From Candidatus Krumholzibacteriia bacterium (GTDB lineage Bacteria; Krumholzibacteriota; Krumholzibacteriia; WVZY01), in the NCBI GenBank assembly GCA_046754105.1, contig JBHHVD010000031.1, positions 1-32,746 of the forward strand: a DNA stretch of 32,746 bases. Direction: 5' to 3'. Below, piece after piece: positions 27,501 through 32,746 of the stretch; positions within the stretch are counted from its first letter, which is position 1; every line of letters starts with the position of its first letter. The translations under genes and the position numbers were made by a program. A model generated the notes under the pieces. The model made no database searches. It saw nothing but the letters and a program-made list of their open reading frames with translations, and was not told the origin of the DNA.

Positions 27501-27543
27501 TGACGAGCAGAAGGCTACGGAACCGTTTTGAATTACTGTGCAT
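24499..27543 (-). CDS. Secreted PEP-utilizer/dikinase-like protein (unknown N-domain + phospho-His domain + C-terminal PPDK_N ATP-grasp)
   Basis: Signal peptide. GGNAVSHVQLLARNLGIPNA (His568). GPKAANLGQL, PGLVIPF, RSDTNMEDL..FTGAGL, VWASPF, SGV, DIELGF, LFQVRP. Confidence 0.88.
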   Translation of the reverse strand: MHSNSKRFRSLLLVTCTLALAPGTVATRDATDLTALIQDLKNDTRGPYQRIAWFCPDGTIRGANEPCPEGGIQHALRKDVVVEIEREFGVYLGQILAGTPYDAFLDEANGFSRLKQFQLERFLRAADDGWIMRRAQHYRGAVQAEDESAWGAGFLPWLLSRDGFLTSHFYLGREAVRDVPHHESEGKGPRIRALSKRIADTYPPFMDIRVKIHGRPGRSDVRRVRAFLERHGPRVSPDVREQLEALARDLETVYRSATVEGLRRYLGRIPPAGGVAAALRTLIDTDAAGWPGRVALEPDTVRVPAGALVDSTGARAAADTVIVVGRFATVNPVAAKCRALAGLLWSIREDAVSTRAGDTRLALMDLSLDIETILFRAIGEWRPQTTGELVTLNSVLAEAGAGCGFLEMWEWRELQPRLEVPDSTEALAEFSKRVAASRRAVEWGAATVRSTYESVVALYSDFEPMAGAFVDDRIRGSILLALGDAASRLSRAGARLTGVANTVFDLGEKAQARGLNPGFTAGELEVVEGRAGGVKFSPEKIYVLRRPPEDLEPVAGIVSVSGGNAVSHVQLLARNLGIPNAAVTQKTFELLRAYSGERVFFAVSPRGRVLMKPAARMTPDEKALVEHRRLGGHRIQVPTDKIDLALAHALPLDSLRASDSGRVCGPKAANLGQLKLLFPDRVAPGLVIPFGVFRRHMDRPMPGSGGSYWEFLEETFRRARAHRDSVASEAAVETYVLSRLSLLRDAIRRMPVLPADREDLGRVFTEVFGVSPGRVPVFIRSDTNMEDLADFTGAGLNLTEANVVSEDDILKAVRNVWASPFTERSYRWRQRYLANPENVYPSVLILRSIDVDKSGVMITAGLETAGEGDITIAFNRGAGGAVAGQAAEMFLLAEDGRDVLLSPARAARYTRLPATGGTREEHASFESPIVTSRERDALRELAAEVEQQLSGVRGAGGSYDIELGFSGGTVWLFQVRPLVENEGARASEYLRGMDPVLPAGAGVSPDQKLPAAKG

Positions 27544-27924
27544 TTGCGTTCATTCGTCGTCCGCGGGGGAGGGATGATTACACCGAACACAAAAATAATA
27601 AAACGCAAGGACGCCGCTGTCGAGACCGGTTTCGGCCGCGGTGGAACCGGGCGCAGCGAACGTACGGCGGACAAAGAAGCTGCTGGATGCGGTTGTCATC
27701 GGGGGTTTCATTATTGGTCGCAGGCACGCGTCCCATCTTACAGCCAGTACCGGTTCCGATCTTACCGCTCCGTGTTTGGAGGATTTCTTCTGTAAGAAAC
27801 CGGATGCAACGGCACACTAATCCATGACAGCAAGAGCGATGGCACATCTGGGCCGAAGGGATGGTGTCGTTACGCCACCGCGGGGTGGCGGCACCAAAGC
27901 GATCGTCACCAAGGAGGTCGTGGG

Positions 27925-28470
27925 ATGAAGAAGTTCGGACTTACAGTGGTTATCGCCGCAATCCTCATTCTGGCCGGTTGCTCGGCAACCCGCGTCAGGA
28001 CCGATTATGACCCCCGCTCGTCGTTTCGTGAACTGCGCACGTACAAGTGGATGCCACAGCCGGTGAAATCCCCCGGCAACGCGCCCGCCCTGTACAACCC
28101 GCTGCTCGAGAACCGTATCCACCACGCGGTCGACGGCGAACTCGCCGGCCGCGGTTACCGTCGTATCACCGCGGGCACGCCGGACTTCCGGCTGGCCTAT
28201 TACGTGGCGGCCCAGCCCCGGACGGAGATCGTCGAGACGGACGCCTACTACAGCTACTATCACCGGTACGGGTTCGGGTCGTCGGTGCTAACCCTCGAGT
28301 ACGTGCAAGGTACGCTCGTCATCGATATCTACCACGGCGGCGAGGACCGCCTGCTGTGGCGTGGCTGGGCGAGCCGGTCGCTGGACAAGGACCCCGATCC
28401 CGAAGCCGTTGAGAAGTACGTCCGCAAGGCGGTTCGCAAGATCCTCAAGGATTTCCCGCCGCCGGCCTGA
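27925..28470 (+). CDS. DUF4136-domain lipoprotein
   Basis: Lipobox LAGC; DYDP...F..LRTYKW; YVQGTLVIDIY...LLWRG; ends FPP. AAGGAGG SD. Confidence 0.9.
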   Translation: MKKFGLTVVIAAILILAGCSATRVRTDYDPRSSFRELRTYKWMPQPVKSPGNAPALYNPLLENRIHHAVDGELAGRGYRRITAGTPDFRLAYYVAAQPRTEIVETDAYYSYYHRYGFGSSVLTLEYVQGTLVIDIYHGGEDRLLWRGWASRSLDKDPDPEAVEKYVRKAVRKILKDFPPPA

Positions 28471-28650
28471 TCCGGCGCGCTGCCACACTACCGCGATTGG
28501 CCGGCGGCCCGCTGCGGGTCCCGTCAGCGAACAGCCCACCCGTGCTCGAACGCAGCGCGCGGGCGGGCGCCCGTTCGCTGCTACCCGCATCGGGCTGCAG
28601 TCGACCACCTGCCAGACCACGCGCCGGTGGCTCGTTCTCGGGCCCGGTGG
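28459..28650. other. Long imperfect rod-like inverted-repeat structure (candidate structured RNA or palindromic element)
   Basis: Nested complementary blocks: 28459-70/28638-50, 28472-79/28620-27, 28494-98/28599-603, 28504-19/28583-98, 28525-32/28573-80, 28534-45/about 28556-68. Confidence 0.4.
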
Positions 28651-28660
28651 ATTTTGCCCC

Positions 28661-28690
28661 TTGACAACAACACACTATCACTGTTATAAT
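28661..28690 (+). promoter_or_regulatory. Consensus sigma70 promoter TTGACA-N18-TATAAT with extended TG, giving a leaderless start
   Basis: TTGACA 28661-28666, TG 28682-83, TATAAT 28685-90. ATG follows 6 nt later with no SD. Confidence 0.8.
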
Positions 28691-28696
28691 GTTATT

Positions 28697-29440
28697 ATGA
28701 AGAAAAGGCCCTCAACCGGGAGTCGTGAGATCAGGCAACTATATGATATTACATCGCTTGAGAAGGTGACTGGTGTTCCGCGCCGGACGATCCATTACTA
28801 CGTAAAGGAGCAGTTGCTGCCACCGCCCAAGGGGCGCGGGCCGAGCGCCCACTACACCGAGGACCACCGTCTTCGGCTCCGGTTCATCACTCTCATGAAG
28901 GAGTCCACGCACTTGCGCCTGGAGGGGATCCGCGAAGCGATCGAGTCCCTCAGCGGGGCGGAGCTGGCGGCCGAGGTCCTGCGTATGGAGCTCTGGTCCG
29001 GCGGGCCCGTCGCGGAGGAGCCCCCAACGACGGGGCACCCGATCACCGACCCCGAGGCGCCCGACGTTCGGCAGAGCCTCATCAATGAAATGGCACTCAC
29101 CGCAAGGAAGTACCGGGACCACGGCCCGGACAAGCCCGCAACCGGGGATGCGGACGCGGGGGAGCGGGTCCCCGACACGATCCGGGCGGCTGCACCGCTG
29201 CGGCTTTCGCGGAGCCAGCTCTACCACAAGATCATGAGATTCGGTGTGGGCCCGCCGGACGAAGCCGCCGCCGGCCTCGACGCCACCGGTGGCGGGACCC
29301 CGGACGAAAACGCCGGTACGTGGACACGCATCCGCATCACGCACGACCTCGAGATCCACTTCCGCCCGCACGCCGGCGGACGCTTTCACAAAAAGCTCCG
29401 CAAGCTGGTTGCCGCCGCGCGCAAGAGCTTCGGTAAATAG
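28697..29440 (+). CDS. MerR-family HTH regulator with C-terminal W.RI.I...LEIH module
   Basis: YDITSLEKVTGVPRRTIHYYVKEQLLPPPKGRGPSAHYTEDHRLRLRFI...LRLEGIRE. Confidence 0.88.
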   Translation: MKKRPSTGSREIRQLYDITSLEKVTGVPRRTIHYYVKEQLLPPPKGRGPSAHYTEDHRLRLRFITLMKESTHLRLEGIREAIESLSGAELAAEVLRMELWSGGPVAEEPPTTGHPITDPEAPDVRQSLINEMALTARKYRDHGPDKPATGDADAGERVPDTIRAAAPLRLSRSQLYHKIMRFGVGPPDEAAAGLDATGGGTPDENAGTWTRIRITHDLEIHFRPHAGGRFHKKLRKLVAAARKSFGK

Positions 29441-29573
29441 ACCACAAACTGGGCCCGTCACCGTAGCGGCACACCAAGGGCGGGCTCCATTTCATGGATT
29501 GGTGAGTGTTGTCCGCGCCGCCCACGGCGGGTGGCGCGCACGACGGCAGTATCGACACAAGGAGGAGAAAAGA

Positions 29574-30527
29574 ATGCCCGAACGCAACGCACGACCCGAC
29601 GAAAATCCGTACACGTGGCCCGCCGTCCGGCTGGAGCCACCGTGCACCAGTGGGGCGCTGACCGTATTTCCCATTCTCAATGGGCACGGCGGCGGGGGGG
29701 ACTACATTCTGCTCGCCAACGCCGTCGAGCAGGAGATCGCGAGCGTTTCCGAAGTCAGCGACAAGGGCAACATTCCGGTCATCGTGATCGAGAACCGCTC
29801 CGACACTCCGCTCCTCGGTGTCCAGGGTGAGGAGTACGTCGGCGCCAAGCAAAACCGCACGCTGAACATCTCGGTGCTGGCCGGGCCCGGCACAACGCGT
29901 ATCCCGGTCACCTGCGTCGAGCAGGGACGCTGGGATGCCGGCGCGACCGGATTCTCCGCGGGCGCGTACGAGACGATGGGCGTTCGCGCGATGAAAAGCG
30001 CCCAGATCGGCAAGTCCAAGCAATCGGTGAAGGACGCTTTTCGGCGGTACTTCACCGACCAGGGAATGGTATGGAACAAGGTACGAGCGGCGAGCATGTT
30101 GCACAACGTCGACTCACCGACCGGAGCGATGCACCGTATCTACGAGTCGGATCACGTTCGCAAGCCCCTGGACGAGCTCATCAGCGGCATCGAAGTGCCC
30201 GAGGGCACGCGCGGTGTCGTCGTGGCCATCGGCGGCCGCCTCGTTGCGGTCGAGCTCTTCGAGCACGGCAAGGTCTTTGCGCGCATCTGGCCGCGGATTC
30301 TCCGCAGCTATGCGTTGAGCGCTCTCCATGCGAAGAAGCGGGTGCCGCCTTCGGTGGAGACGGCGGAATCCTTCGTCTCCCGCCCGCGCAAGGGTGCCTG
30401 GAACGCGACACCGTCAGTCGGTATGGGCGAGGACGTGCGCTGGGACGAGAAGGACTTCGTGGCTTCCGCTCTCGTGTGGAAAGACCGCTTTCTTCATGCT
30501 ACGATGTTTTCTCGTGACGCCGCCTAG
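29574..30527 (+). CDS. ARPP-1 / DUF6569 family protein
   Basis: LTVFPI, VSEV...GNIP, GEEYVGAKQNRTLN, IPVTCVEQGRW, QGMVW, SPTGAM, ELF...F..IWPRILRSYA. AAGGAGG SD. Confidence 0.8.
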   Translation: MPERNARPDENPYTWPAVRLEPPCTSGALTVFPILNGHGGGGDYILLANAVEQEIASVSEVSDKGNIPVIVIENRSDTPLLGVQGEEYVGAKQNRTLNISVLAGPGTTRIPVTCVEQGRWDAGATGFSAGAYETMGVRAMKSAQIGKSKQSVKDAFRRYFTDQGMVWNKVRAASMLHNVDSPTGAMHRIYESDHVRKPLDELISGIEVPEGTRGVVVAIGGRLVAVELFEHGKVFARIWPRILRSYALSALHAKKRVPPSVETAESFVSRPRKGAWNATPSVGMGEDVRWDEKDFVASALVWKDRFLHATMFSRDAA

Positions 30528-30626
30528 TCCCGCGCGCCGCGCCGGGTATGCGAATGTTCGCGCCGTGGTACGCGGCGTCACGCGCGCCCGGCGCGCAACA
30601 CCCCGGCACACCTACACCGGCGGATT

Positions 30627-31766
30627 ATGCACAGGATCTTGATGTTTAGCGGCCATACGTCCCTCAAGGTCGGCGGCCTGGAGGAGTTCTTCGCGCGTCT
30701 GGCACGGGCGGGCGACGTTCTCCTGGTCGAGAACGACTACGAGGAAATCCCCGCCTCGGTGCGTACGTATTTCAAAGAACAGAACGTGTCACTGCACCCG
30801 GGGGGCATACGCAAAACGCTTTTTGGCGCCGCGCGGGACATATGGGCGTTGCTCCGGAAACAAGATCCGGATATCGTGCACGTCCATTTTCAGCCGGTCT
30901 CCTATATTGCGATCATCCTCGCGCGGCTCTCGGGCGCCCGCCGAATCTACTGGACCAAGCACAGTCTCCTGACGACGAAGCGTTTCTCCAGGACCTGGTG
31001 GTACCACTGGTTCTGCCTGCACTTCGTGGATAGAGTCGTCTGTATTTCCGGCTCGATCGACCGCGAACTGGAATCGCTACGACTGGGACGCGGCAAACGC
31101 ATCATCCTGCCCCTGGGAATCAATCTCCATCGCTTCGACCGCCGTCGATTGAGTGCGGAACGTACCCGCGAGGTACGAGACGAGTTCGGCCTGTCCGATA
31201 GCGATTTCGTCGTGACCGTCGTCGCGCAGATTCGGCCGGTCAAGCGCCTCGACACCTTCCTGGAGGCGGTGCGGATCCTGGTCCACGAATTCGGCCGCAG
31301 CGAACTGAGGGCGCTGATCGTCGGGGGTACGTACGAGGACGACCCGTCGACGGCGCTCGCCCGGAGCTACGTAGAATTCGTCGAGGAGAAGCGCCTCGCA
31401 GGCAACGTGACTTTTCTCGGGGTGAGAAATGACATCGATGCGATCTACGCGGCGTCCGATCTGGCCGGCCTGACCTCGGGCGCCGAGGGACTCGGCTTAT
31501 CGCTCGTCGAAGCGGCGGCCCTGGGACTGCCGCTCTTCGGCACCCGGGCCGGCGGCATCCCGGAGATCGTCGTCGAGGGTCGGAACGGGCACACGTTCGA
31601 GGTCGGCGACCCCGCCGGCCTCGCGGGCATCATTCAACGCATGATGGATTCGAGCGAGTCCCGCTCGCGACTGGGAGAGCAATCCCGGCGCCTCGCCACG
31701 GAGCGATATGACGTGGAGATCAACGTATCGAAACTGGCGCGCCTCTATGATGCGCCGGTCTCGTGA
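30627..31766 (+). CDS. Glycosyltransferase family 4 (GT-B)
   Basis: GGLE, PDIVHVH, VAQIRPVKRLD, FLGVRND, EGLGLSLVEAAALGLP...GGIPE. Confidence 0.93.
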   Translation: MHRILMFSGHTSLKVGGLEEFFARLARAGDVLLVENDYEEIPASVRTYFKEQNVSLHPGGIRKTLFGAARDIWALLRKQDPDIVHVHFQPVSYIAIILARLSGARRIYWTKHSLLTTKRFSRTWWYHWFCLHFVDRVVCISGSIDRELESLRLGRGKRIILPLGINLHRFDRRRLSAERTREVRDEFGLSDSDFVVTVVAQIRPVKRLDTFLEAVRILVHEFGRSELRALIVGGTYEDDPSTALARSYVEFVEEKRLAGNVTFLGVRNDIDAIYAASDLAGLTSGAEGLGLSLVEAAALGLPLFGTRAGGIPEIVVEGRNGHTFEVGDPAGLAGIIQRMMDSSESRSRLGEQSRRLATERYDVEINVSKLARLYDAPVS

Positions 31767-31793
31767 GCGCAGCGGGGTCTGTGGTCCGTTCCG

Positions 31794-32746
31794 TTAGAAG
31801 ATGAATTCGTACTCGACGATCCATTTCAGCATGCCGTTCGGAGCCGCGTTGGAGATGCCGAAGAGGTATCCCACGTCATACTTGAGCCTGCCGAGCTTGC
31901 CGTACATGACCGGGCCGAGCTGATGCTTCTGGTCGCCGTATGGCCCTATGTCGTTCAGCTCGCCGAAGTCGCTGTGCAGCTCGACGCCCGGCTCGAACGT
32001 GCGCCGCAGGCGGTAGCGGCTACTCCACGCCAGCCCCGCTTCGGTGGCTTCCGTCGCGTCGGAACCAAGTTGCTGCTCCAGGATCAGGTTGGTCACGTGG
32101 AGCAGCCGCCCCTGTTCTTTCTGCAACAGCACCTTGGTCTCGAGCTTGTCCGGGTGGCCGTCCTCCAGCGACAGCTCGTAGGCGGCGTACAACCCGACAT
32201 CGAGCCATTTCTCACCGGGCTCGAAGAGTTGGAAACGGTTTTCCCACTCGAGTGAGGTAAACTCGAAGTCGCTCCCCGGCGACTTCTCGATCTCCCCGTA
32301 CAACTCCGTAAACCAGCGTTCGGCGATTCCGTAGCCGACGGCGTACTTCTGCTTCTGTTTTCCGTCCATGACCTCCTGGCTGTCCACGTCGTAATTGCCG
32401 CGGGCCTCGACTTCGAGCTCGCGGTAGGAGACGTTCGGCGAATACACCTTTTTGGTCGCGACACCGTCGGTGGGCGACGCCACGACACCGGCTACGAGAA
32501 TGACCGCGGCCAGGGTCGCCGGCCTCCTCCTCGCGCCTTTCTCCACGCCGCCGCCGGTAGCGCCCGCCGGCCGGCCGACGGACTTGAGAAGCACGAGGAT
32601 GGCGCCGAGCGTCACGAGGTAGGCCGTGAACTGGATGCCCGTCGGCTGCGCGCTGTAGCCGACGAGCGTGTGCAAGACGCTGCCCACGATGCCCCGCTCC
32701 GAGAGGATCCGTGAGGTATCCCACAGCGGCGCCGACAACACCGGCA
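31794..32746 (-). CDS. FTR1-family iron permease C-terminus fused in frame to a predicted outer-membrane beta-barrel (5'-truncated by the window)
   Basis: LWDTSRILSE.G.VGSVLHTLVGYSAQP..IQ..AY is an FTR1/EfeU-type C-terminus. It is followed by a signal-like segment and an amphipathic beta-strand domain ending KWIVEYEFIF. No stop codon lies between them. Confidence 0.75.
   Translation of the reverse strand, partial: PVLSAPLWDTSRILSERGIVGSVLHTLVGYSAQPTGIQFTAYLVTLGAILVLLKSVGRPAGATGGGVEKGARRRPATLAAVILVAGVVASPTDGVATKKVYSPNVSYRELEVEARGNYDVDSQEVMDGKQKQKYAVGYGIAERWFTELYGEIEKSPGSDFEFTSLEWENRFQLFEPGEKWLDVGLYAAYELSLEDGHPDKLETKVLLQKEQGRLLHVTNLILEQQLGSDATEATEAGLAWSSRYRLRRTFEPGVELHSDFGELNDIGPYGDQKHQLGPVMYGKLGRLKYDVGYLFGISNAAPNGMLKWIVEYEFIF

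Noticed and set aside
24499..27543. Annotation as PEP synthase (ppsA), PPDK or rifampin phosphotransferase
   Set aside because: The domain order differs from all three, the PEP-binding barrel is missing, and a signal peptide is present.
27544..27924. Small ORFs, a riboswitch, or the TTTCTT-N4-AAGAAA palindrome (27784-27799) in the divergent spacer
   Set aside because: The ORFs have no recognisable features and no riboswitch consensus was recognised. A single 6-bp dyad is too weak to assign.
28504..28598. SRP (4.5S) RNA
   Set aside because: Neither strand has the conserved domain IV CAGG...GNRA...AGCAG motif.
30538..30596. GC hairpin between ARPP-1 and GT4 as an ncRNA or intrinsic terminator
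   Set aside because: No U-tract, and similar GC hairpins occur in most spacers of this window, so it is not distinctive.

Overview
A 32.7 kb, GC-rich bacterial chromosomal segment. The S8 peptidase carries an 'NPFNP...RKMMLLK' C-terminal sorting/FlgD-Ig domain, which suggests an FCB-group lineage; this is inference only. I found no rRNA, tRNA, CRISPR array or mobile element. Gene order: a CHAT-domain fragment, TetR regulator, pgeF, DUF4097 protein, PiT/DUF47 phosphate transport pair, DUF547 lipoprotein, PLP aminotransferase, xth, DUF1648 protein plus a secreted hypothetical, arfB, an early tetrapyrrole operon (HTH regulator-hemA-hemC/D fusion-hemB-hemE-hemL), a permuted NlpC/P60 protein, NmrA-like protein, S8 peptidase, two class-A-beta-lactamase-fold serine hydrolases, a secreted dikinase-like protein, DUF4136 lipoprotein, MerR-like regulator plus ARPP-1/DUF6569 protein, GT4 glycosyltransferase, and a truncated FTR1 iron permease. 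Three candidates for undescribed biology stand out. (1) A signal-peptide-bearing 1014-aa dikinase has the glucan-water-dikinase domain order (unknown domain, phospho-His, ATP-grasp) and is coupled to exported PBP/beta-lactamase-fold hydrolases. (2) The FTR1 permease reads in frame through an internal signal peptide into an outer-membrane beta-barrel, a possible cleaved polyprotein. (3) An HTH plus globin-like regulator heads the hem operon behind an FNR-type box and candidate operators. All family assignments come from motif recognition by eye, not from database searches.
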